Shown piece after piece: positions 18,106 to 27,104 of a stretch of DNA of 64,000 nt (the stretch's first letter is position 1; each line of letters starts with the position of its first letter). Below the pieces are notes generated by a model. It ran no database searches and had not been told where the DNA came from. It was given only the letters and a program-made list of their open reading frames with translations. The translations under genes and the position numbers were made by a program. The stretch is from an uncultured Anaerolineales bacterium (GTDB lineage: Bacteria > Chloroflexota > Anaerolineae > CG2-30-64-16), in the NCBI GenBank assembly GCA_964588925.1, contig CAZPTI010000001.1:26933-90932 (forward strand). Reading direction: 5' to 3'.

Positions 18106-21100
18106 ATGCCGCGTCATCGCCTGTGCGCTGCCGTTGTCTTCATTTTGCTTCTGTTCGTTCTACTGGTTCCCGGCACCTCTCACGGAACCCCCGCAAATCA
18201 CCTGCTCATCACGGAGGTGATGTACGATCCCGCCGCGCCGGAGCCGGGCGCGGAGTGGATTGAGCTATACAACCCGACCGGCGCGGCGCAAAGCCTGAGC
18301 GGCTGGGCGCTACACGACAACTCTTCATCCGACGCGTTGCCCGACTTCACGCTGGAGCCGGGACAATATCTCGTCGTGACCGCGAATCGGGACGAGTTTC
18401 TCGCAGCAAACCCCGGTTATGGCGGCGCGCTGGTGGCGCTTGGCAGCCCAATCGGTAATGGGTTAAGCAATTCAGGCGATTCGCTGGCGCTGCTCGATGC
18501 AAGCGGAACCGTCATTGACGGCGTTAGCTACGGCAGCGACGCCGGTCTCCTTAACCCACCGTGTCCCGACGTGGACGAAGGGCAGTCGCTCGCGCGCTAT
18601 CCAAGCGACTCTGACACGGATGCCGCCTCCGATTGGCTTGCCGGCGCGGCTACCCCCGGCGGCCCGTCCACGCCACCTCCCCCACCTCCCACTGCCACCG
18701 ACACCCCTACCGTAACACCGTCTGCAACCACGACCGTCACGCCCACCGCAACGCCTCTGCCGCTTTCCACGCCCACCCCTTCCGTCACGCCAAATCCGGA
18801 CGAACCGACTGCGACGCCGACCGAGACGGCTACACCGACTTCGTGGCCGCGCCTGCTGTTGTCGGAAGTGTATTACGATGCGCCGCAGAGCGGATCGGAA
18901 GGCAAATACGAGTGGATTGAAATCTATAATCCAACGGATTCCGCCGTTTCACTCAAGGGATGGAAGGTGGCGGACAACAGCGCAACCGATTCGCTGCCAG
19001 AAGTGGAGATACCAGCGGGAGGATTCCTGGTTGTCGCCGCTTCAACGGATGGGTTTGCGACGAACTTCCCCCTGTTCACTGGCCCGCTCGTCTCGATTGA
19101 AGGGAGTATCGGGAACGGGCTGAGCAATTCGGGCGACCGCGTTCGATTGGTGGTGCCGGATAACAGCGTCATCGACGAAATGAGCTACGGCGATGACAAG
19201 AGCGCGTTCGATCCGCCGTGCCCCACGGTGAAGGCGGGTGAGTCGCTGGCGCGGGTCCCGGCGCGCGGCGATACTGACCGCGCGGCTGATTGGGTAGCGC
19301 AGGCGGAGCCAAAACCCGGCGAGGAAGGCACGGCGCCCACCGCTACCCCGACAGTCACCGTTACGGCCACGCCAACTGTCACGGCAACCGGCATGGCGAC
19401 GGCAACCCCGACTTCAACTGTGACCAAAGGCCCCACCCGGACGCCTACCCTCACCCGCACGCCGACTCGCACCGCTACCATCACCCGCACACCCACGCGC
19501 ACTCGCACGCCGACCCGCACCCCGTCCCTAACACCATCCCCGACGCCAACGCCTGGCGGAGAGTGGCCCGCGCTGCTGCTCTCGGAAGTAATGTACGATC
19601 CGGCAGAAGAGGGAAGCGACGCGGACTGGGAATGGGTGGAGTTGCGTAATCCGACGGGCGAAGATGTCACGCTCTCCGGTTGGGCCCTTGCTGATTCGGT
19701 GAGTCAGGATCGCCTGCCCCATGTAACGATCGCAGCCGGCGAATACCTCGTTGTTGTGGCAAAGGAGGCCGCCTTTCGGTCGAGCGACCCAGATTTCACC
19801 GGCCACTTGCTGGCGCTGGAGGGGAGCATCGGCAACGGGCTGAGCAACGCCGGTGACTCGGTGAAGCTGATCACAGCCGACGGCAGCGTGATCGACGCGC
19901 TGAGCTACGGTTCGGACAAGAGCGTCTTCGATCCCGCGTGCAAGGACGTTAGCGCCGGGCAGTCGCTCGGTCGGTTGGAGGGTGTGGACACGGATACCGC
20001 AGCGGACTGGATTCCGCAGGCGGAGCCGAGCCCGGGCAAGGCAACCGTCCCCGCGACGCCAACTCCTACACCGACGCTTACAGCCACAGCCACAGCCACG
20101 GCTGCAACGGTTACTCCGACACCGACTGCCACGGCAGCAACCCCTACACCGCTCCCCGATGCTGCATATAACGTGACGCTCAACGAAGTGCTGCCCGATC
20201 CGAACTCAGTTGACTGGGACCGCAACGGCGAAGTCTCATTCATAGATGAATGGATCGAGTTGCGCAACGGCTCAGACATCCCTGTCTCCCTGGGCGGGTG
20301 GACGGTCAACGACGATACGGGGAGCTACGAGATTCCTGCCGGGCTGACGATCTGGCCGCGCGGCTACCTGCTTCTGTACCGGTCGCAGACGCGGTTGTCG
20401 CTGGGCGATTGGAAGGATGTCGTGACGCTTACGCGCAGCGACGGCACGCTGGCTGATCAGCTTAGCTACGAGCGCGGGCCGGGTGACGACCGCAGCATTT
20501 GCCGTCTTCCGGACGGCGCCGGCGCGTGGACGACCGAGTGCGAGGCGACGCCGGGAGAGGCGAATCGAGGCCGCCCTCAGTCGCCTCCTACCACTGGCGG
20601 CGCGGCAAGTCCAACAGCAACGCCGAAAGCGAGCGCGCCGACAACGATTCGCGCCGCGCGAACTGCTGCGCCGGACACACGTGTAGTTGTTTCGGGTACA
20701 GTCACCTTCCCGCCCGGTTTGATCGACAAAACCATCTATATTCAGGACGATAGCGGTGGGATGCGGATTTACCTTCGCAAAGGCGAGTTTCCCGTGCTGA
20801 AGGTGGGAGATCAGGTCAGAGTGACGGGCTGGACGCGCGACTTCCACGGCGAAGCGGAGTTAAGCGTGCCGGACGCAAGTTATCTAAACGGGATTGCGAC
20901 CGGGAGCCCGCTTGTTGCGCGAGTGATCACCGCAAAGGACATTGGCGAGGCGCGCGAAGGGGAGTTCGTTCAGGTGATCGGCGCGGTGGTGAAGTTCGCG
21001 CCGCGCGGGCTGACGCTCAAGGACAAAACGGGGTTGATCGAGCTGTACTTCCCCGAAAGCCTGCCGTGGCAGCGGCCATACGTCGACGTCGGCGAGTTGT

Positions 21101-21255
21101 GGGCCGCTCAAGGGGTGGTGTCTCAATATCAGAGCGAGCGCGGCGAGGGATACCGAATCATCCCGCGGTTCAAGTCAGATGTGACGAACGGGCCGCTCGG
21201 GTTGCCAGTGACCGGCGGGACGGTCAGGGGAGCGCACACAACCAGGGCGCAATGA
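18106..21255 (+). CDS. Secreted protein with four lamin-tail domains, Pro/Thr linkers and a C-terminal OB-fold-like region
   Basis: Signal peptide (LCAAVVFILLLFVLLVPGTSHG). Four LTD units (L[IL]xEVxYD...EWIElxNPt...LsGWxlxD...GNGLSNsGD...D.xSYG). The C-terminus (VVVSGTVTFPPGLIDKTIYIQDDSGGMRIYL...VGDQVRVTGW..FHGEAEL) resembles the OB module of extracellular nucleases; no nuclease domain is present. Confidence 0.8.
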   Translation: MPRHRLCAAVVFILLLFVLLVPGTSHGTPANHLLITEVMYDPAAPEPGAEWIELYNPTGAAQSLSGWALHDNSSSDALPDFTLEPGQYLVVTANRDEFLAANPGYGGALVALGSPIGNGLSNSGDSLALLDASGTVIDGVSYGSDAGLLNPPCPDVDEGQSLARYPSDSDTDAASDWLAGAATPGGPSTPPPPPPTATDTPTVTPSATTTVTPTATPLPLSTPTPSVTPNPDEPTATPTETATPTSWPRLLLSEVYYDAPQSGSEGKYEWIEIYNPTDSAVSLKGWKVADNSATDSLPEVEIPAGGFLVVAASTDGFATNFPLFTGPLVSIEGSIGNGLSNSGDRVRLVVPDNSVIDEMSYGDDKSAFDPPCPTVKAGESLARVPARGDTDRAADWVAQAEPKPGEEGTAPTATPTVTVTATPTVTATGMATATPTSTVTKGPTRTPTLTRTPTRTATITRTPTRTRTPTRTPSLTPSPTPTPGGEWPALLLSEVMYDPAEEGSDADWEWVELRNPTGEDVTLSGWALADSVSQDRLPHVTIAAGEYLVVVAKEAAFRSSDPDFTGHLLALEGSIGNGLSNAGDSVKLITADGSVIDALSYGSDKSVFDPACKDVSAGQSLGRLEGVDTDTAADWIPQAEPSPGKATVPATPTPTPTLTATATATAATVTPTPTATAATPTPLPDAAYNVTLNEVLPDPNSVDWDRNGEVSFIDEWIELRNGSDIPVSLGGWTVNDDTGSYEIPAGLTIWPRGYLLLYRSQTRLSLGDWKDVVTLTRSDGTLADQLSYERGPGDDRSICRLPDGAGAWTTECEATPGEANRGRPQSPPTTGGAASPTATPKASAPTTIRAARTAAPDTRVVVSGTVTFPPGLIDKTIYIQDDSGGMRIYLRKGEFPVLKVGDQVRVTGWTRDFHGEAELSVPDASYLNGIATGSPLVARVITAKDIGEAREGEFVQVIGAVVKFAPRGLTLKDKTGLIELYFPESLPWQRPYVDVGELWAAQGVVSQYQSERGEGYRIIPRFKSDVTNGPLGLPVTGGTVRGAHTTRAQ

Positions 21256-21261
21256 CGAGTA

Positions 21262-21312
21262 GTCCGTCGATTATGTCGGGAGTTCAGGGAATAGCCCGCG
21301 TAATCGACGGAC
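21262..21312. terminator. Hairpin between convergent genes (possible bidirectional terminator)
   Basis: 12-bp perfect stem GTCCGTCGATTA/TAATCGACGGAC with a 27-nt loop. No U-tract on either strand. Confidence 0.4.
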
Positions 21313-21315
21313 CAG

Positions 21316-24132
21316 CTATTCGCGCTTGATCACCACGCAAGTCACGTCGTCGGCCTGCTCCGTGTCGCCAATGAAACCAGAGAGCGCGCCGGTGATCGCC
21401 CAAAGAATCTCACGCGCGTTGCCGGCGCAACTGGCTTGCACCACGTCGAACAGCCGCTGCTCGCCGAACTCCTCGCCCTCCCCGTTGAGCGCGTCCGTCA
21501 CGCCGTCCGTATAGAGAACCAGCACGTCGCCCGGCGCAAGGTCGAGTGTGTCGTCTTGCAGGGTAATCTCCTCGAACGCGCCGAGCACGATGCCCCGCTG
21601 AGTCAACTCGCTCAACTTTCCCGTGGCCGAGCGCACCAGCAAGGGCCGGTTGTGGCCTGCATTGCTGAACTGCACGCGGCCCGTCGTCGTGTCAAGGATC
21701 ATGTAGATGGCGCTCAGAAACAGATCCGCCTGGCTGTCGGCGAGAATCAACTGATTCGCGCGCATCAGGGCAGACGCGGGACTCCGTCCGCTGATCGCCA
21801 CGCTGCGGATGATCGTGCGGCTGACCGCCATGAAGAGCGCCGCGGGCACACCTTTATCTGCAACGTCCGCAATGACCACCCCGAGCCGCGCGGGGGGACC
21901 GGGCAGGTCGCAGAAGTCATAGAAGTCCCCGCCGACTGTGCGCGCGGCCTCGTACATAGCCGCGAACTGCCAGCCGCGCACGGTGGGATTAACCTTCGGC
22001 AACAGGCTCAACTGGATCTCGCGGCCGACCGACAACTCGGCCAGCTTACGCGCGAGCGCCTCGTCCGTGCGACGCAGCAAAAGCATATTGTGGACCGCGA
22101 TAGCAACCTGTGTTGCGAACTCGCCGAGCGTGCGCTTATAGCCGTCAGAGATGCGCACGCGGCCGATAGCGTATCCGAGTTCCAGTGTGCCGAGCTGCTC
22201 GCCACCCGCCAGCAGCGGCAGAAAAACGCGCAGATAGCGGTGCAAGCCGAAGCGATCGTGCAGGGCGCGATCTTCCGCATCCTCTGCGCCGCGTGAAGTC
22301 AGCATCCGCCCCTCGACCAGCGCAGTGATCGCCGGGTGCCGGCCGGTCAGTGGAAAACGGGCCTGTGCCTGCCACTCCTCCGTGACCACCTTGCCAACTG
22401 CGGCGGTCATCTGGAGCTGGCGCGCGGCCTCGTCGCGCAGGTAGAGCGCGCCGTAATCGCACCCCAACGCCTCCGCGGCCGTCTCCAACACGCGCTCAAC
22501 CGTCGGCTGCATAGCCTTGGCATCGAGAACCGCCTGGCCGATAGCCCGGTAGGCCGCGCGGGTGACGACGTTTTCCAGCGCGCCCGAAGCATGCTGCAGG
22601 AAGCGCAGCAGGTCGGGCAGCTCGTCGGGCAACTCGTGCGGATCGCGGTTTTCGACGTAACGCTCGATTGTCACTACACCGAGCGGGCGGTTGGCCGACG
22701 ACAGCGCGACGACAAGGCGCGCTTCATCGGCAGTGCCGCGCAGCGCGTAATTCCCCAGGCTAAACGTCTGCGCTTCGACGCAACTCGGATCGCGCAGGTC
22801 GACGTGTTCCTCGCGCCCATCCTGCGGATAGACACGCACCAGTCGCGCGGTGGCCGGCTGCGCGCAGTAAATGCCGATGTCAGCAAGGCCAAAGCCCAGG
22901 CGCAGCCCATCGGCCAGCAGCGCGATGGCTTGCTCCGAGGCATCGCTTGCGTAAATACTCTGGACGATGGCCTCAAGAAGCTGCGGCCGCGCGACGCGCG
23001 TGCGCTGCGGCGCGAGGTAGGCAATCGCCTCGTTCCACCGGCCGGCGATACGAAGGATATGACCCACGCGGTCAGTCGTGAAATGCGCGGCAAGCGCCTG
23101 CCGGCACGTCTCGTTGAGGAACGTATAGCACCCGTCGGCCAGGATCACCGCGCCGGAGAGTTGCAGCCGGTCGGTGCCCGTGCGCGTGGGCATCTGCCGC
23201 GAACGAGCGCGGGGCAGCGAGCCATGATCAAGCAGGTGCAGCGCATCAAGCACGGTGTCGGGGTCTTCCTCGATCATACGGACGGCCGCGCGAATCGGGG
23301 GCGCGGCGCCTCGTGTGACGAGATTTCGCCCGGCTTTGTCCGCAATGGCCGAGGTGACGTAATGCAGCCGGTGCAGGCTGACCAGTTCGGCGCTGTCCGC
23401 GCAAATCTTCGGGATCAGATAGCGGTCGCCCATCGCCCAGGCCAGCAGACGGTTCATGCCGTTCATGGAGGCCGAGCAACCGAGCGCCTTGAGCGACTCT
23501 TCGGCCAGCGCGCGGCTTTGCTCTGCGGTCAGCGGCGCAGCAACAACCGGCTTGGCAATGTTGAACGGCGACGTGGGGCCGGAGGACAGCCCGACGAGGT
23601 TAATGCCGCCGGTGACGACCGCAACCAGCGTATGCGGCGCGTCGGCCTCGCGCTCCATGTACGCCGCGCGCAACGCGAGAAGCAGCGAATGCACCAGATC
23701 GTGCGGCAACGCCTGCAGGTGGTCGATCAGCAGCGCCAGGCTCCGCTCGGCAGACATCGCGCACAGCGCCAGGTAGCTCTGGAAGCTGCGCGGGTCGGTG
23801 GGTGGGTCGACATCCCGCGGCGCGGAATCGCCAATCTCGCGCGCCAGCAGGTCGGCCAGGCTGGTGAAGAAAGCTGCCTCGTCGTTCGAGCGTGTGCGCC
23901 ACAGGTCGACGCGCAAGGGGCGGAACCGGCCGCCTGCCTCCAACGCCTGCGCCACGTCCAGCAGCAGGTGGCTCTTCTCCGACATCGGCGGGCCGAGCAG
24001 CGCGACGCATTCGTCGTTCATCAGGTGACGGACGACCGCGCGCACCCGCGCCTCGTCGCGCACGCGCACCTTCTTGAAGGGCGATGCCTCCTCGTATGGA
24101 ACAATCCGCCAGGCTCCGAGGCTACTCATCAA
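21316..24132 (-). CDS. Multidomain protein: degenerate P-loop NTPase, helical region, GAF-like regions, SpoIIE/PP2C phosphatase
   Basis: N-terminal LLGPPMSEKSHLL (Walker A with Glu in place of Gly) and LALLIDHLQ. The C-terminal PP2C/SpoIIE motifs are GGDFYDF, VVIADVADKGVPAALFMA, FSNAGHNRPLL and LVLYTDGVTDA. The start overlaps the upstream stop (ATGA, 24129-24132). Confidence 0.75.
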   Translation of the reverse strand: MMSSLGAWRIVPYEEASPFKKVRVRDEARVRAVVRHLMNDECVALLGPPMSEKSHLLLDVAQALEAGGRFRPLRVDLWRTRSNDEAAFFTSLADLLAREIGDSAPRDVDPPTDPRSFQSYLALCAMSAERSLALLIDHLQALPHDLVHSLLLALRAAYMEREADAPHTLVAVVTGGINLVGLSSGPTSPFNIAKPVVAAPLTAEQSRALAEESLKALGCSASMNGMNRLLAWAMGDRYLIPKICADSAELVSLHRLHYVTSAIADKAGRNLVTRGAAPPIRAAVRMIEEDPDTVLDALHLLDHGSLPRARSRQMPTRTGTDRLQLSGAVILADGCYTFLNETCRQALAAHFTTDRVGHILRIAGRWNEAIAYLAPQRTRVARPQLLEAIVQSIYASDASEQAIALLADGLRLGFGLADIGIYCAQPATARLVRVYPQDGREEHVDLRDPSCVEAQTFSLGNYALRGTADEARLVVALSSANRPLGVVTIERYVENRDPHELPDELPDLLRFLQHASGALENVVTRAAYRAIGQAVLDAKAMQPTVERVLETAAEALGCDYGALYLRDEAARQLQMTAAVGKVVTEEWQAQARFPLTGRHPAITALVEGRMLTSRGAEDAEDRALHDRFGLHRYLRVFLPLLAGGEQLGTLELGYAIGRVRISDGYKRTLGEFATQVAIAVHNMLLLRRTDEALARKLAELSVGREIQLSLLPKVNPTVRGWQFAAMYEAARTVGGDFYDFCDLPGPPARLGVVIADVADKGVPAALFMAVSRTIIRSVAISGRSPASALMRANQLILADSQADLFLSAIYMILDTTTGRVQFSNAGHNRPLLVRSATGKLSELTQRGIVLGAFEEITLQDDTLDLAPGDVLVLYTDGVTDALNGEGEEFGEQRLFDVVQASCAGNAREILWAITGALSGFIGDTEQADDVTCVVIKRE

Positions 24133-25682
24133 ATGCCCTCTTGCAGCACTTTGCGGAACAGGTAGTCCACGTCGTAGTTCTCGCTCAACATGCGCGGGAA
24201 GACGGGCGTGGCGAAGCGGAACATGGGGCCGCGTGAAGTGAAGGTGCCGGCCAGCTCAAGGTTGCGGCACGCAAGGTCAAGGTCGGAAAGGGGGATTTCG
24301 ACCCCGCGGCGTTCCAGCGCGCCGTCGATCTGCTGCGCGCCAAACGGATGCTCCGCGCCGAGGTCCGCCATGACGGCAAAGACGATGGCCTTTTCGAGGT
24401 GCGTCGTGTTGTCCATAAAGGTGCTCAGCATGAACGCGCGGAAGTCGTCATTGCCGTACACGTCGAAAAGTGATTCGGGCGAGATGGTGCGCTTGCCGTC
24501 CCGATCTAACCGCTCCACCAGGATATTGCAGTAGAACTGGATCAGGTTCGGCTGGCCTGCGGTCTCGTCGAAGATGCGGTTCACCACGTCGTTCCGCCGC
24601 TCGAACTGCACCCCGAGCTTCTCCAACGGGCCGAGGATCATGGCCGCGGCCTGCTCGCGGCTGAACTCCTTCAAGCGGATCGGCCGCGCGAAGTTGTAGA
24701 GCGGCGAGTCGAGGTCGCTGAACGCGCGCATAACGTCGCGAAAGCCGCCAACGATGTAGCGCGAGTGGCCCTGGTTGCTCGACGCGCGCAGGGCGTTGAG
24801 CAGCGCGTCATCCTCGTAGTGCCACGTCAGCACCTTGTCGAACTCGTCGAGGAAGAACATGATCGACCCGCCGTAGCGCTGCGCCATGCGCTCAAGGAAA
24901 TCTGGGAAGAAGATCGGGTACTGCTTGGATGAAAGCCGCGTCAGTTCCTGCGGGCGCAGCTTGCGCACGACTTCCTGAATGAAATTGTTAGGCGACGCGA
25001 TCGCGCTGCAATCCATGAAGATAATGCGTTCCAGCGATTCTTCGCTCTCGGCCTCCTGCGCCTGCTCCTTAAGTTGCCGCTCGATCTCGCGCATCAGCGA
25101 AGTCTTGCCGATGCGGCGGATGCCCATGATGGCGAAATTGCTGTCGGGCGTCTGGAGGATGCGGCGCACCTCGAACTCGCGGCCGAAGAAGCGCGAGCCG
25201 GTGACAGGCTTGCTCGTCTCGTAGGGCGCCAGGAGCGACAGGTCAAGCTGCGGCGCCAGCCGGTCCAGCAACTCACCCGAAGGGCGTCGCGACTCGCGGA
25301 TCGCCTGCGTGTCGGCCTCGCCAAGCACAAGGATCGACTGATACATCGCGCGCAACTGCTGCTTCAGCTCGTCCGCCGGCCCTTGCGCCACCACAATTGG
25401 ATTGCGCTCGGCGAGCGAATGCGCGCGAACCACTTCGGTGAGGCTCTGCGCCAGCTCGCGTGCGCTCATCGACGCCAGGTCGCCCTCTTTGACGATAATC
25501 ATCGGCGTCCGGTCAGAAAAGCGCAGCTTCCAGTCGGAGAGATCGACCAGGTAAATCTCATAGCCCAGCGCTTCCTTGCGCAGCTTGACCTTGTGCCCCA
25601 GCGTACCGTCCAACAGTTGGAGGAAGTCCGGCATGGATTGTCGCCACGGTGTCTTGACTGCGGTCATCATGCTCTCCCCCAT
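24129..25682 (-). CDS. P-loop ATPase (Arch_ATPase/ORC-Cdc6-like) with an unknown N-terminal domain and a winged-helix-like tail
   Basis: FFGREFEVRRIL, Walker A GIRRIGKTS, Walker B IMFFLDEFD. The start is uncertain: ATGs at 25682, 25670 and 25667 all lie near a GGGGGAGAG SD. Confidence 0.7.
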   Translation of the reverse strand: MGESMMTAVKTPWRQSMPDFLQLLDGTLGHKVKLRKEALGYEIYLVDLSDWKLRFSDRTPMIIVKEGDLASMSARELAQSLTEVVRAHSLAERNPIVVAQGPADELKQQLRAMYQSILVLGEADTQAIRESRRPSGELLDRLAPQLDLSLLAPYETSKPVTGSRFFGREFEVRRILQTPDSNFAIMGIRRIGKTSLMREIERQLKEQAQEAESEESLERIIFMDCSAIASPNNFIQEVVRKLRPQELTRLSSKQYPIFFPDFLERMAQRYGGSIMFFLDEFDKVLTWHYEDDALLNALRASSNQGHSRYIVGGFRDVMRAFSDLDSPLYNFARPIRLKEFSREQAAAMILGPLEKLGVQFERRNDVVNRIFDETAGQPNLIQFYCNILVERLDRDGKRTISPESLFDVYGNDDFRAFMLSTFMDNTTHLEKAIVFAVMADLGAEHPFGAQQIDGALERRGVEIPLSDLDLACRNLELAGTFTSRGPMFRFATPVFPRMLSENYDVDYLFRKVLQEGI

Positions 25683-25724
25683 CCCCTCAGCCCTGTGTCT
25701 CGCTGCAAGCGGCCTTGCAGCGCC

Positions 25725-27104
25725 TTATAGCGCCGGCTCCCGGACTGCGCCGGCGCGCACCAGATCGAACTGCAACATCACCCAGAACAGGCCGGGCAGC
25801 GCGGAGGCTGGAATGCCGCCCTGCTCGGCCAGCGCGACCACGCGGCCCTTCCCGACCGGGATGCCGTTCTCCGGCAGCAGGTCGTACACGCGCGCGGCGA
25901 GGCGCGCGGTCTGCTCCACGCCGACTGACGCGCTGTCCCACCGGCCGCGGCCCGCGTTCCACACGCAGGTGAGCCGGCCCGACTCCCGCTCGATGCGCGC
26001 GCCGCTGCGCGCCAGCGTGCCGATGCTCTCCCACCAACCAACGGGGATGGTCACAGTGCGGTGGTCGAGCCGCCAATCCGTCTCATTAATGCGCCAGTCG
26101 CCCTTCTTCATAATGAGCCGGCCGTTCACGTACACGGTCGGCTTGCGCGCGATCATGTCGCAGTGGATGACCGATTCCACATCGCCACCCAGCCCCGCGC
26201 TATGCCCCACCGCAACGTGCACCGTGTGCGCCTTCTTCTCGTCAATGATGCCCAGCCCGGTCAGATCCTGCACTGCGGGATTCAGCCCGAAGCCGACCTC
26301 GGCCAGGTTCGACCAGTTGCCGTCGCCGCGGCGCTCCGCATAGGCGAACTGCGTCTCGCGCAGGTGCCGCGCAGTAGGGCAGTCGTCCGGCTGCATCTCC
26401 GCAAGGCGTCCCTCCCGAAAGGTCAGGATGATCTCATCTGAAGGGCCAAGCACCTTGCCCGGCACCGAACCATTGATGACGATGCGCCCATCTGCGTCGC
26501 GCGGGACGAGATAGACCTCACCGGGCGGCAGGTTGCTCCACGCGCCCTCGCGAATCGTCCCATCATTAATTCCCGGCGGGTAGTCCCACCCTCCCACGCG
26601 CACGTTCAGCCGGTGCTCGCGGCGCTCCTTGTCCGTTGTGACAATTTCCAGCCGCTTACCAAGGATGAGCGCCAGGCTGAGAAGCTGCGCCTGCTCGCTA
26701 ATCGCGGCGTAATCCGTATCCATCGCGCCGAGCAACGCGGCGCTGAGACCCGGTGCGTGCGCGAACCGAGCGCGACGCCCCCAGCTGGAGTGTAGCACGC
26801 GCATCCGGTAGCTCAAGTGCTCCGGCAAGTCCGACAGGCAACTTAGAATTGCGTCGGACTCGCGAATCGCCGCCTCTACAGGCAGCGGCAGGCTCTCGTT
26901 GACCCCCATCTCGGACTGAAGCACGCGCGGCACAAACAACGCAGTTGTCGCTATGCGCATTTCCCGCGCCGCACGCGCGATGATCTCGACCACGTCCATC
27001 GATCCCGCGTCGGCGAAAATGAGCAGGTTCTGGTCACGCCGCAGGTTAAAGGTGCGGGTCAGGATGTTCTGGGCGGCCCGATTGAGCCTGGCAGTGTCTG
27101 TCAC
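25725..27104 (-). CDS. M29 (aminopeptidase T/AmpS-like) family protein with a ~110-aa C-terminal extension
   Basis: LPPGEVYLVP, EVGFGLNPA and IIDEKKAHTVHVAVGH...SVIHCDM match the M29 metal-site regions. The GTG start overlaps the GT4 stop (GTGA, 27101-27104). Confidence 0.6.
   Translation of the reverse strand: MTDTARLNRAAQNILTRTFNLRRDQNLLIFADAGSMDVVEIIARAAREMRIATTALFVPRVLQSEMGVNESLPLPVEAAIRESDAILSCLSDLPEHLSYRMRVLHSSWGRRARFAHAPGLSAALLGAMDTDYAAISEQAQLLSLALILGKRLEIVTTDKERREHRLNVRVGGWDYPPGINDGTIREGAWSNLPPGEVYLVPRDADGRIVINGSVPGKVLGPSDEIILTFREGRLAEMQPDDCPTARHLRETQFAYAERRGDGNWSNLAEVGFGLNPAVQDLTGLGIIDEKKAHTVHVAVGHSAGLGGDVESVIHCDMIARKPTVYVNGRLIMKKGDWRINETDWRLDHRTVTIPVGWWESIGTLARSGARIERESGRLTCVWNAGRGRWDSASVGVEQTARLAARVYDLLPENGIPVGKGRVVALAEQGGIPASALPGLFWVMLQFDLVRAGAVREPAL

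Noticed and set aside
18660-20160. Repetitive ACGCC/ACCCC-rich DNA tracts that might look like tandem repeats or a CRISPR-like array
   Set aside because: They are in frame within the LTD protein and encode Pro/Thr linkers. There are no constant-length repeat-spacer units and no cas genes.
22336-24165. 609-aa plus-strand ORF antisense to the GAF/PP2C gene. Similar cases are 28613-29986, 36028-36981, 39963-41204, 48404-49561 and 56379-57611.
   Set aside because: All are antisense shadows of well-supported genes. They are Arg-rich, have no recognisable domains and no SD-positioned starts.
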